This document shows, piece by piece, positions 26,701 to 39,598 of a stretch of DNA of 64,000 nucleotides. The notes beneath the pieces were generated by a model, which saw only the letters and a list, made by a program, of their open reading frames with translations, was not told the origin of the DNA and did not search any database. Source of the stretch: Geosiphon pyriformis uo1 (Eukaryota; Fungi; Glomeromycota). Each line of letters begins with the position of its first letter. The first letter of the stretch is position 1. The stretch lies in the NCBI GenBank assembly GCA_016748015.1, contig JAAOMT010000675.1, positions 434,001 to 498,000 on the forward strand, read 5' to 3'. The position numbers and the translations under genes were made by a program.

Positions 26701-27699
26701 AGCTATAGGATAAGTATTAGTGAGCATGCCTTCTCATTCATAAGGCTTAGGAATCATCAAAACTCAAGCCTCCCTCCAAACACCAGGAATTGATTCATCA
26801 GAAAGACAAGAATTGATGAGCACCAAGAGCATATTAAGAGCTGAACCATTACAATGCTTCTAGAATTCATTGGAGATGCCCAAAAGACCAGCAGCTTTCC
26901 CATTAGACAGATTGGAGACCACACCAAATAATTCAACAAAACTAACACAGTCCATGACATTGGAAAAGGCATCATCAAAAACATGTTCCAGAGACTAATA
27001 CTGACAAGACTAATCTTCAGGCATATTACGAACCACATCTTGCTTCTGCGTCCAACCCTCCATTATCTCATCCTCTTTATCTTTAACATAATCAGACTCC
27101 AAGATCAGCTCTTTACCTACCACCAAATGATCTAAAACGACTTTGTGAAAGGGCCACTCCAAAACACTCTTAATAGTGTGACTTTTGTCTAATTCAAAGC
27201 TCTCCATCTTTTTATTGATAGTAAACCTGATATAAGAATTCTCAGCACATTTTGACTCTAACAACTTAGAAGCATGATAAGATTTCCTGATCTTTAAAAG
27301 AACAGATCATATATTATTCAAAGGGAAACCTGAAAGAAAAAGAGATTTCACCAATAAAGCATTAACAGAATCAAGCAGAATCCAAGTTTCCAGCAGCAAA
27401 GTGAATACATTATAATCGATCAACCAGGAAGCTTTAACCAATTTAAACACCAGCAGCTCCAATCTATGAAACCTGGACAAGGTTTTGGTAAAAACACTAT
27501 CATATTCCTTGAATCATTTTTTTTTGAAAACCACATTTGCCAAAAAACACAATGTCTTATGAACAGCATCCCACATAGCATTTAGATCCGAATGTATTTT
27601 GGCATTCAAGAAATCATCAGAGAGCATAGCAGCATTAGCTGCTGTTTCATCCTTAAACTTTGATCATAAAGCATCATCAGCACCTTTAAAATTGTACTT
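23770..27699 (-). pseudogene. LINE ORF2 reverse transcriptase, RNase H and C-terminal CCHC
   Basis: YPIALIET, LVLQDM, AFVDNT near 26140-26157, VYTDSS, ELQAIALAL, DSQAA, VKGHSGVVGNEHAN, CLYCGEVKVSDHVFFC. Confidence 0.9.
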
Positions 27700-28458
27700 C
27701 TAATGATCTTTATTCGCCTGTTTATGCAATGAGTTTAATTGCACATCCAGCAAACCACCAAGACCCACAGAAACAAAAACAGCCCTATGATCAGTATTGA
27801 AAAACTCCTCAATGCCAGCCACACCATGATCTAAAATCGCATTAACTAGATTTGACAACACAAACACATAGTCAATAGTTTTGGCAACTCCCCGAGAATT
27901 GTTCCATGTAGCTTCCTTTCCATATGAGCTCCCACCCAAGGAGTTAACCAAACCTAAATCAAAATATCTTTTGAAACTTACACTTTTGTAAGAACCATCT
28001 TTATTGAAATCGCCACCCAAGATGACAAAAGAGGACTCATTCACCACCTTTGCAATCAAAGAATTAACATTATCTGCCTGAGAGAAATGAACCACCAGAG
28101 AAGCTTCAACATACAGCCCCAAAACTAACACAGAAAGATTATTTTTGAAAAGGAGCCTGAGAGAAAGAAACTGGCCAGAAATATCCAAAACTTTGCATAC
28201 ATGCCAAACCAAAAAATTGTTCATAATGATTGCAATCCCAGAACCCAGATGACCAGAATCCAAACCAGAAGTAAAAACCCAAATGCTATCAAACTTGCCC
28301 ATGATCCAAGGACAGATCTTATCTTTCAATTTAGTTTTAGTAACAATCAAAATCACATTGTTTATTTCTTTATGCCAACGAATAATATCATTCTGTTTCA
28401 CAGAATTGTTCATTTCCTTAATGTTACACATTGCAACTTTCCAAACCAAACTGTTCAT
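27700..28458 (-). pseudogene. LINE ORF2 AP-endonuclease domain
   Basis: MCNIKEMN, GSGIAII, ILGGDFN, TW, TIDYVFV, TDHRAV. Confidence 0.9.
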
Positions 28459-28499
28459 TGAAAATTGAAAAACAATAACAACTTTGAGCCAGCAAACAA

Positions 28500-30360
28500 C
28501 TAATCAAACCTCACTAAAATGGAATTTACCAAAACTTCCAGAACCACAAATTTAGATTCAAAACTGTCTAACTTGGAAGTTAAGACCTTAGAACTGCTTG
28601 AACCAAGAACCAGACCATCAGTAGCAATAGGAAAGGAGGTATCAGAAAGACCATCCGGACTATCCAAGACCATATTAAAAAGAGAATTTGAATTTGCAAC
28701 CACAGACAGAACTGAAGCAAAAGATTGAAAGACAGATATAGCAGGGGTTTCATTTGAAACAGGCACCAAAGGCACCAACTTGGCACCATTTAGGCATTTT
28801 AGTATACATGACACTTGGTCTGACAGGAGCTCCAAAGATTGTTCTAAAGACAACAAGCATTTATTCAAAGCAGAGTTAAGTGTGAAAGTAGAAAGAAGCA
28901 GACCACCAGAACTCAGACCACTAGAGAAAAAAAGACTCAAATTAAAACCAACAGAAAGACCAGAAGACATAGACGCAGAAGAAATAATTTAAGCTCACAA
29001 TTTACCGCCAAAGGCAGCTGGACGAAAGATGGGAACACTCTTTTTTGCATACAACTTGGCAAGTTGGAGGCAATTCTCATCCAAAGTGACTCACTTTATA
29101 AATAATTTTGAAGGCTTGGGAGTGGAAGCAATTTCAGCATCACACTCCAAAACTGAATGACCAAGCTTTCCACACCTATTACACCAAACAAGACCCAATC
29201 TAGCCCAAGAAAGCTTTACTCCACCAAAAATTGGAACCATGCAAAAAGCTGACTCCAACATTTTGTCAAACTTGAAGCCAACCACAGCACAGTGAGTTCT
29301 ATTGCCACTTTTTAATGACCAATTAATGACACATGTCTTCCCATCAGCCTTTTCCAAAACATTTTCAAGATCATGTGCAATTGTACCCACAGGCAAAGTA
29401 AACAAAAGCGTCCTGAACTAATCCCTTGATGCCCATGTCTCATAATCCCTCACAGCTTTGGCCATGCGCACTGAATTTTTCCTGATTAAGAATGACCACT
29501 TAGCTGCCAACAGATCTGCTTGACTTGATTCGGCAAACTCTATCACAGTCTTCTGTCACAGCCCAATGAGTTGCAATTGGATTGACACCACTTGACCAAA
29601 CTCAGAAAAAGCTGCAATAATCATTTTCTTTGATGTATCCATGAGAATTTCCTTTATTACTATGGCCTGATCTGAACAAATTCCTTGTTTCTTAAGATTA
29701 GTGTTTATGGTGATCCTTATTTCTCTGGCCAATAATACGGCCTTTTCTATGCTGATCTCTGAAGTGAAGATAGATCTGATGATCCCTTCAAATTTTGAGG
29801 AGGTAGTGGCCCCCCCAAAACCATTGATTTTCGAAAATAATTTTCTGATAACTTGAGTCTTGGCCATAGCTGATTTGCTTTTCATAGCTGAAAGATTAAT
29901 GTCCAAAGCAAAAAAATTTTTTACAGCAACTTCCACCTGAGTTTTGACTATTTTGGGATTTAACCACTTTCTTTCCAAAGAAATACCAAGAGGAGGAGGG
30001 AAAAAACCACCATCATTGTCATCTATGTCATAATTCAGAGAACCAAGAGGGAAACTACAGACCAAATCATTTTTAACTCTTTTTGCCTTAGGAGTTGTAG
30101 CAGCTGAACCAAAAAAAGACTTATCACTACTACCGACCAGGATGTCATTAACAATACTACTACTAGAATTACTTTCCATATCAGAGTACATGCCCTCATC
30201 AAAATAAGATTTGGCCAAAGAAACACTACCTTTAATACCAGAATACTTGACATTGCGAAGAAAAACCCTTTTCTTTTGTGAAAAAAAGCCACCAGCAGGA
30301 CCAAAAAAAGCACCTAAGGGGGCCTTCAAACTTGACAAACCACCATTAGAAGCAGTCTTC
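28500..30360 (-). pseudogene. LINE ORF1 (RRM-like regions and CCHC knuckle)
   Basis: ORF fragments 29556-30491, 29091-29405 and 28500-28970 are collinear, directly upstream of the APE domain. Confidence 0.85.
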
Positions 30361-32493
30361 ATATCTACAACAAATAGTTTATGTGTAAAAGCAATAGTGA
30401 AATAAAACAGATAGAAAAAACAAAAAACTTCTTTCAAAATTGTGCTCTTTGGAGAATTTGGGATGTATGAAAGAAAGAAGTTTTTTGTCATTACTATTAA
30501 ATCAGAAATTTTGTGTGTTGTGTATTACTTTTGATTCAAGCCAAATATATTGTTATTTTTTATTAATACTTAATATATATTATTTTATTAATTGTTTTTT
30601 TATGTTTTTATTATCATAAATTATTGGTTAGTTATTTAAGTATTGTATTAAATAAAAATATTAAATAATTCATTCAGTCTAATTTAGTTCTGCTTGGAAT
30701 TGACAGTTCTTGAATTAGACTAGACTAAAATTCTAAGATTATTTAAAAGAATAATCTAAATATATTATGTATTTATAACATAATTAAAAAATTATGATTT
30801 GATTATTTATGTATTCTACTGTATTGTTTGTTATTTATAAAGCAAAAAAAATATTGGCATTATATTTAAAAAAATAATGTATTCAAAATTCATAATTAAT
30901 TTTTTTTTCATTTATAAAAAAAAGTTATATTATAATTATTTTATAGTATATTGTGTTTATTTTTTTGTGTTTATAATAAAAATATTACAAACACTAAAAA
31001 TTAATTTTTATATTACTAAATTATAAAATAAAATAAATCTATAAAATTGTCTGTTTTATTACATAACTAAAATTATTATAAAATTAATAATTTTAAAATT
31101 AAGACTAATTAATATCTTTAATATTAAATATACTTAGTATGTTGTGTTTTTGAAAATATATAATTATCTTAATATTTTGTGACTAGTTTAATTACAGTTT
31201 GCTATTAAGTTTACACTCTATTTTAAAAAATATATTATTAGCACCAGATTTAACATATAATTTAAAAATTATATACAAATGACAAAATATGTTATATTAA
31301 AGAAAAATAAAGAAGTGTTTTATTTTGTTTGTTAAATTGTGTAGTATTAAAGTGTATTAAAATTGTTAATAAGAAATTTATTAACTGAAATATTAATTCA
31401 AAAAACTAAGTTAGCAAATAATATTAAAGTGTCAAATATTTCAATAAAAAAAATAAAAAAACATGACATTAACTTATCTTATAATAAATTAAAAATAGTT
31501 ATTGTTTTGTCTTATAAGAATAAAAAATAATATAATATAGCATTTAGCATATTATATTTAAAACTTTATTAATATTTTATTAATAATATTTAGCAAGTAT
31601 ACTTTTAAAACAGCATTTTTATTTGAAAAAAAATTATTTGATTTATATTGCTTTTTATTAAAACTTAAATTATATTCTTAATCTATATTTTTTTAAGTTT
31701 AAAAATTATCAAAAAAAAGTATCTTTTTATAGATTATGTTTTTAATTATATTTGTTATATAAATTTAATTTGTAAATTTTTTTAAATGTATTTATTTATT
31801 GTTTTAATATTTATTTTTGAAAATAATTTATATATTTTATTTGATTAATAATATATAATTAAATATGTTATTAAAATAGTTTAATTTATTTTGTATTTTT
31901 TGTTTTGTATTTTTGCTTTGTTTTAGAATTTTGTTAAGTAATTAATAACTTTTTTTTTGTATACAACAAATAAAAAACAATATTAATAGCAAAAATAATT
32001 TTAATAATTTTAAAACTAATATTAAATAGTTAAATTTTTTGATTATATTATATATAGATAAATACATAAAATAAATAAATAAGATAAATAAAAAAATAGA
32101 AATTTTAAAAATTTTTAAATTAAAACAATAATTAAAACTACTTAATAAATAAAATAAAAAAATAACAATAAAAATATTAACGAAAAAACACAATAAAATA
32201 ACAGTAAATACATTAATAATAAAATTTTTAATAACAAATATCAATTATTAATATTTATTTATTTATTATATTATACATGCAAATTTTTTATCTTTTTAGC
32301 TAATTTTTATAAAAAAATTAAATTATTTTTCATTTAAAATAAAAAAAATCCTAAAATAAAATTACTTAAATTGTATTTAATTTTTTATTTTATAGTTTTA
32401 AAAATTTTATTTTAAAAAAATTTAATAATTAAAAAATTTTTTTAAAATTAAATATTATTCATATAATATATATAAAAAAAAAAAAAAAAAAAA

Positions 32494-34780
32494 ACTTTTT
32501 GTCTCCTTAATTTTATGACCATGACCAGAGCAAAGAGTAAAAGAGCTGTACCTGATATCTGTCCTGAGATATCTAATAAAATTTCAACCAGAGAAGCTCT
32601 CTCTGTTGTAGAAGCAACTAGGCAAAACGTTTTAGAAGCCTTCTCTCTACCCAGTAATTGTGATAAGCTGCCTTTGGTAGCCACTGAAGCAACTTCCTCA
32701 TCTTTGGCTGGTTTCTTACCAGTCAAAGTTCCCTCAAAGAGACACATCTGGGTTAGTCCCAGTGTTGCCTCTACTCCAACCAAGAGCCCAAAAGTTTTTA
32801 ATAATAGACCAGTGAATAAGCTGGTCTTTTTCTTTATAGATTCAACATCTGATGCTTTTAGCACCACCTCTTCAAAAAAAATAGTCAAAAAGACCAGAAG
32901 TTCAGAAAAGTGGGAGCAGTTGCTTGCCTCTGCTATTGTTACACTGAACCCCTTTGTGGTTTCCAATGAGATCTTAGATGAGATCTCTATAGCATTATCC
33001 GGCACATTATCCAAGATAGGCCAAGATCAACCACTGGCTGTGTTGCCAAATGTGGTGTTTTTCGGCAGATCATTGCTGGTTTTAGAAGCAAAACAATCTT
33101 CTTCTGTTGGGTCATCTGTTCTTGGAAACTGGGCTGATCAAATGGAAACTGATTCATCTTCTCCTTTAGTTTCTGGTGCTATTTTTGATGGTGCTTGGGA
33201 AACTATTAATAGTCGTCAAAGGTTTGCTGGGTGGGTGGCCTCCACTTTGGTGTCTGGTGCTACTTTTAGGATCAAATTGGCTCATGTTAAGGCTGTTTTT
33301 CAGTCTGTACATGGTTTCTTGGGTACTAAATCTGTTTTAAAAGACAATGTAAAGCTTTTCTGTGTGGAGTTTGCTTCTCAACAATCTTTGGAAGCTGCAT
33401 TTCTGGTTGAGCTTACAAGCTCTGTTCATTTGACCACTCTCAAAATTGCCAAGTCTTTGGTGGTTTCTGAATCTGGTTCTTCTCCTGCTGCTGTTGTGCT
33501 GCGTGATATGCCTTTGGGTGTGTCTGCTGCTGACATTAAATTGGCTCTCAGTGTGTTTGGTAGTGTCGCTTGTGTTGTGCTGAAGCCTGCTGGCATTTGG
33601 CAGTACATGATGGTTTATTTTGAAAAGTTGGACTCTGCTGTGTCTGCCTTGAAGCATTGGTCAGTCTTAATGGGCAAGAATAGTATTAAAATCCTTCCTC
33701 TGGTGAATTAAAATGAGATTATTTTGTTTCGTGATAAGTTTAAGACCAAATTGGTCAACCTTTCCCTTAGTTGTACTGTCTTTAAAATCAGTGATATGAT
33801 TTTTCAGATTGGTGGTCAAACATGTTTTATCTCTCATTCTCCTGATTCTGGTTGTTGTTCTCAGTTTGCTTTGGTTATATTTGACTCTCAAGGCGATTTG
33901 GATTCTACTGTAGTCAAGACTGGTACTCTAAGGAAATGCCATATCTGGTGAGAAACTCCTGGCTGCTGGCACTGCTTTAGGTGTCAAAAAATGGGCCATC
34001 TGGCTGTGGATTGCAAAATTTTCCCACCTTCCACTCTCAAAATTCCCAAGGTTTTCAAGTCTCATTTTGTGGGTTCTGCTTTATATGTCAAGACTGCTGC
34101 TCCTTCTGGTCTTTCTGAGTTTCCTCTTTTGGTGGCTCTTTTGGCTGCTTCTGTTGTTGATTCTGCTGTTGGTTCTAGATTGGATTCTTTAGAAAAGCAG
34201 ATTTTGGATTTGGCTGCTTTGGTTAAGTCTATTGTTGAACTTGTTGGTTCTTTGGTTGTTTTGGTGTCTCGTCTTCTTGATAATAATGCTGCTAAGGCTG
34301 TTCAAGTTGAGAAGAATCTTATTTCTATGAAGAGTGCTGCTAACAATTTTTCTAATCTCTTGGTTGGGGTCTCCAAGGACATTGCTTGTCTTAGATCTGA
34401 GGTTGACTTTAATAATATGGATTATGATGATATGCTGGCTGCTAAGCCTTCCTTTTTAAGTGAAGACACTATTGAGCGTGTTATTGCTTTGTGGCGTATG
34501 TCTGGTACTAAAACCAGAGGCAATATTGAGTCTACTAGATTGTTTCTTAGTGAGTTTATTTTTGACTTTAGGAATCTGAATAGTATCATTGAGAGAATTC
34601 GTGGATTGAGATTATTCCCACCTATTTTTGATTCGGTGTAGTAAGTCCTTGATTGGGCCGAGTGTCTGATCACATGTAAAAAACGCATGATTTATGCCTA
34701 TAATGTAATTCTTTATGTAATATCATAGTTTTAGGTAGTATTTGGGTCTCGCTCGTTAAAATATAATAATAAATAAAAAA
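32494..34780 (+). mobile_element. Non-autonomous ORF1-only retroelement (HAL1-like) sharing the LINE 3' tail
   Basis: One ~700-codon ORF1-like frame 32515-34641 (stops at 33711 and 33951) with an RRM-like segment and CFRCQKMGHLAVDC. No APE or RT. Its 3' UTR matches the reverse complement of 23651-23775 and ends in an A-rich tail. Confidence 0.85.
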
Positions 34781-36744
34781 ATATATAAATACAATTTAAC
34801 AAAAAACAAAATAATAAACAAAGATTTATGCTTAATAATTTAAAAGCTAACAAATTTTAATAAATTAAAAAACAAAATTTAAGACAAAAAACAATTTTTT
34901 AACAAAATCCAAATTAATTTTTTTTGTATTTAGTTTAAAATTTAAAGTTTAAAATTTAACAACTAAATTAGCTTTTTAAGAGTTATTATAAACTATAAAT
35001 CAAATTAACAATCTTTAAAAAAATAATAAACTTAACTTATTTTAATAATTGTTTTAAATACTTAATTCTTAAACACAAAATTTTTGATAACTATTATATA
35101 TATATTTTCAATATTTTAAATTAGCAAATTATATATTAATATATTATTTAATAACTAATATTATAACAACTTTATTTTTATAATAAAAAATAAATAATTT
35201 AACAAGTTTAAAATATTATATTTTATACAAATTATTTTTAAATAATTACAATCATAGAATTTTTTTAATAATAATTAACAATTATTTATAAAAATTAGCA
35301 AATTTATAATTTATTAAATTAAACTTAATATTATTATTAGAATACTTAATTAAAACAAATTTATTAAATAATATTTTCAGTTAATTACATATTTATATAT
35401 TTACTAAATTATTAAAAAAATTTTCAATTTTAATTTAATGTTTTTTAATTCTATATTTATGTTTAAAATCAGAATTAATACCAAATAAATTTGATTAATA
35501 AATTTAGTTGTTAGATTTTATTATAATATATATAAATATTAGTATATATATAATAGTAATATTAGAAAAAAAAAGCAGATTTAGTTTAATATCTAATAAT
35601 TAAAATCAATTTTTTTTAGTAAATTATATTAATTATTTACTATAAAACTTATTAAATTATTAAATACATGAAATATTATTTATATTATTAAATTATTTAT
35701 ATTTATTATTTATTTAATAAAAGCAATTAAAATATTCAAAATATTAATTACATTAGAATATTAACTTTTAATCATAAATATTAACAAAATACTAATTTTT
35801 AATTTTTAATTTATTTGTTGTTTGTTTTGAGTTAAATTAATTAATTTAAAAATAAGTACAAAAATTACAATATTATAAAAAATGCAAAAATAAGCATAAA
35901 ATTAACTTATTAATTAATTAAATAATTTATTAAAAAAATAAAAAAACTAGAATAAAATTATTATATTAAAAAAGTAAAATATTAAATATTAAAAACTATA
36001 ACCAATTAAAATTTTGTTTTTTATACAAAAAATTTAACACTAAAAAACCTTTAAATTTACCAAAAGCTTTAGATTATATTACCAAATTATAATATTAATT
36101 TAAACTATTAAACCAAATATTTATTTATAATAATATTTTTAAAATAATTGTAAAATTTGCTTTTTTTAAATTTAATAAGATAATTTTAATTAAATTATAA
36201 CTTATTAGCTTATATTAAAGAATTATAATAAAATTTGGAAATCTTAAAATTATTTTATTAATAAAAATTATTTTAACATAATTTTTGTTTTTAAAAGTGT
36301 AAATTTATATTAAATTAATTTAGTTTTATATTAAAATGTTATTTTATTAAAAAAAAGTTTTAACAAAGTCAAAAAAAAGATAATTAAGCTTATTTAATTA
36401 AAATTAGTATATATATATGTGTTAAAAAACAAGTTTTTATTGTCTAATCTGTTTTTTTTGATAAAAAAACTTGAATATAAGTTGTTAAAAATAGTGTTTT
36501 TTGATTTTTTTTAAAGCTGTTTTCAATATTAGTTTATTTATAGATATTAAACTTTTTTGTTTATTTTAAAAAACTATAAAAACAGTTATAAAATTGGTAA
36601 GATTAACAATGTTTTTTGTATAATTTTTTTTTATCTATAATTACATTGTAAATAATAATATTTAAATTAAAAAAACTATTTAAAAAATCTTAAACATAAT
36701 AAGCCAATTTTTTTACTTGAATAATATTTTTATTAATAACATCG

Positions 36745-37503
36745 TATCACATTGGTATAAATTTGGTTTCAGTTCAAACAAGAATAAACATGCTTTATGT
36801 TTACTTTATTTTGAAAAAAAGCACAAAAATAGCAAGTGGCTTACTTTTCATAAAATCATTTCTAATGGTAAACTTTTATCTACTTTCACAAAAAAAATGA
36901 GCAAACATTTGTTTAGATCTATGAAATACAAAAACAAATTCACAAAACCTAAGTGGATGGCTTTATTTATGCAGTCTTTATTAATTCTGGCATTAATATC
37001 CCTTCACATGGTATCTTTTTACTAAAAGAATAGGCAAAATTGGACAAGATATTGGACATATTGCATTTATATTGACAATTTGATATCACAAAAAGGAAAT
37101 TGGCACAATCAACCTTCAGATCCAAAAAGAAGAAGACTAAGAGATTTGATAAAGCAGTGGCATATATGCCAAGAAAATTACACATTTACAAAAATGAAAT
37201 CCACAAAAAAATTATTGCATTCTTCACTTGCAATTTTGATGCCATTATTATTCCTCCTTTTGATGTGTCAAATATAATAAACCGAAAAATGAGAAAGATT
37301 ACACGAAGGACAGTTCGAAAAATGCTCGGTTGAGCACACTATCGATTTCGGTAAAGTTTAATAGTCAACATTCAAAACTTTCGAGGCCCCAAGGTGTATA
37401 AATGCTTAAATTGCTTGATGGAACCTTTGATTCTTTCTAGAGAGTATGCAGGAAAATAGTAGTCGTGCTTAGTATTGCCTATTATTTGATGTATTACAAT
37501 CAG
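36745..37503 (+). mobile_element. Decayed Fanzor2/TnpB (IS607-type) copy 1 with conserved right-end block
   Basis: INSG (from IDPG), FTWY..IGKIGQDIG, RFDKAVAY..NEIHKK..NFDAIIIPPFDVSN..RKITRRTVRKMLG*AHYRFR, KVYKCLNC; internal deletions; collinear with 58481-59300 (-). Confidence 0.85.
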
Positions 37504-38854
37504 AGTCACCATATATAATGTCAATTTTTTTTATGAAACTTTGAATTAAAAAAAAGGAGAAAAAAATAGGCTCACAAACGACTTTTTCTGTTTATCCAGG
37601 CTGTAGCCTCATTTTTGTGAAAGTTTAAAAATACAGTGTTGTAAAATTTAATAAGGTGTAATTGTGTTTCATTGTTGTTTGATAATTTTTAAATTTCGAA
37701 AACCGGTTTGAACAAAACCTCTTTTATAAAAGTGTATATATTCCAAAATTCATTAATTTGTAAAACAAACTTGTTTTTGAATTTGATATTTGGGTGGTGT
37801 TTTTCTTTTAAATGGGAAATTCAATTTAAAATGAATGAATTGTACAGTCGAATCATTCTCTCAAGGTAAGTTATTTTAAACTCGAGAGTTTTATATGGCT
37901 TAAATATTAAGGCCCTTTCCTGTTTAAAATTTCAAAATTTCATCGTGGAATCTTTTGAGGAGGATTATAAAAGATGAGAAATGTATATCAAAAAAATTTT
38001 TCTTATAGAGTTTAGAAACGTTTTTAATAGAAAGCTGATACAAAAAATCTGTAAGAATTCTTTTGTCTGGATACACAAAAGAGATGAAAATTATAACTAG
38101 TTCAAAAAAACCTGACCCCAATAGAGCTATAGCCTTTAATTTTTGTTCAAAACTAAAGGAGAAGATTTTCAACTTTTAAATTTCTTAATGAAAAATCTTC
38201 AACGACAAATATACCAGAACTTTTTGTCAGTTAAGATATCTTGAACTCAATTTATTCAAACTGGACCATAAAGTTCGTATATCTAAAAAATAATGTATTT
38301 CTTTTAACAATTAAATTAAATCTTACAGATCCTATATTAGGGGTTTGAAATTAGCTCGAGGAGCAAAATGTAAAATATAAAAGTATTCTTTTTTTAAAAA
38401 AAGAAAGAAAATGAAATTATACATCTTTTAGGGGCGTATGACTGCCCTCAAGATGTTGGAAACTTGTAACCATCCAAAAATATTTTTGATATTTGAAACC
38501 TTTCAGAGAGAAAACTATAGTGTCTATAAATTTTTGAATCGATAATAATCAAGCTTGTACACCCAAATTTTGAAATTTCAATAGTAGGTCGAACCAAATT
38601 AATAATGATAGAATTTTTTATCTCTTTGAAACTCGTGTATCGAATCTTAGATTCATGCATCCAAATTGTTCCTGTTGCTTTGAATTAAAATATCAAGTTA
38701 TCCGTGTTGAAAAAATGAGCTTATACGAAATAAGTGTTTAACAAGGAGCAAGCCTAATAAATATTGAAGAAATCTCTTAGCTTATAAGAACTAATATAAC
38801 ATACCTTAAAAGTGCAAAGCTTGATTTCAAGCTAAAAATACCAAGTTTCCAGAG

Positions 38855-39598
38855 TTACCTCTTGGTTCCAAATAGAAGATGCAGAGCTGTTTTGGTGCGA
38901 GGACGTGTATCCACCTTCCCATATGACTTTCGATACCATTTTATAGCAGCATGTATATCTCTTTGTTTTCCTAATCCATAATGATTCGCTTCTCCCATCA
39001 TTTTATATGACCAGCAAAATCCTCTTGAAGCGGATTTAGTCGCCCAATAAAGTCCTTTACGATTATCCTTTTCATAAGCCATTCCTTGAAAATAAAAGGT
39101 CGCTACATTTGACATCGCAAGAACATAACCACCTTCCGCGGATTTTTTATACCAATAGAAAGCTTTCTCTTTATCAGCAGTTTCGTGCAACCCAAAATCC
39201 CAGAATCCGCCGCATTCATTTTGTCCAAGCGGATCACCATTTTCGGCAGCTAGCTTAAACCATGAATAAGCTTCCTTGCGATCCGTCTGTGTTCCTATAC
39301 CCCAACGTGTCATAAAACCTCGTAGACAAATGTATTCAAGATCGTCTTTTTTTTCTTCTAAAAGTTTAAAAATCCATTTGGGTTGGGGTCTATCAGGTAG
39401 AGCTAGCCATGTGTTGACTTCTTTTAGGATGATGTAATCTTCTTGCCAAAGATCGCAACCAACTTTGTATATTTTTCGAATTTCTTCGAGACCAAAGCGT
39501 AATTTTTCGTTATCATTTAAAGAAGAGAACTTGATTTCATCAGGGATATCATCATCATTACAAGACTCTTTTTTGTCTTGAATGGATTTAAGCGACAT
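38855..39598 (-). CDS. Sel1-like repeat protein
   Basis: Repeats such as AYSWFKLAAENGDPLGQ, AFYWYKKSAEGGYVLAM, GLYWATKSASRG. First ATG is at 39598. Confidence 0.88.
   Translation of the reverse strand: MSLKSIQDKKESCNDDDIPDEIKFSSLNDNEKLRFGLEEIRKIYKVGCDLWQEDYIILKEVNTWLALPDRPQPKWIFKLLEEKKDDLEYICLRGFMTRWGIGTQTDRKEAYSWFKLAAENGDPLGQNECGGFWDFGLHETADKEKAFYWYKKSAEGGYVLAMSNVATFYFQGMAYEKDNRKGLYWATKSASRGFCWSYKMMGEANHYGLGKQRDIHAAIKWYRKSYGKVDTRPRTKTALHLLFGTKR

Larger units (their letters stand above)
23638..30545 (-). mobile_element. Full-length decayed LINE (ORF1; ORF2 = APE-RT-RNase H) with poly(A) tail
   Basis: ORF1 remnants 28500-30360 with CNRCGKLGHSVLEC; APE 27700-28458; RT near 25700-26750; RNase H 24088-25060; poly-T 23638-23650; candidate TSD TATATTACTA (23628) / TATATTGTTA (30546). 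Confidence 0.93.

Noticed and set aside
31942-32244. 100-aa hydrophobic ORF
   Set aside because: Low-complexity F/I/L/N/K translation of an AT desert.
36745-37503. A currently active Fanzor gene
   Set aside because: Both copies carry stops, frameshifts and deletions, so only relics are supported in this window.
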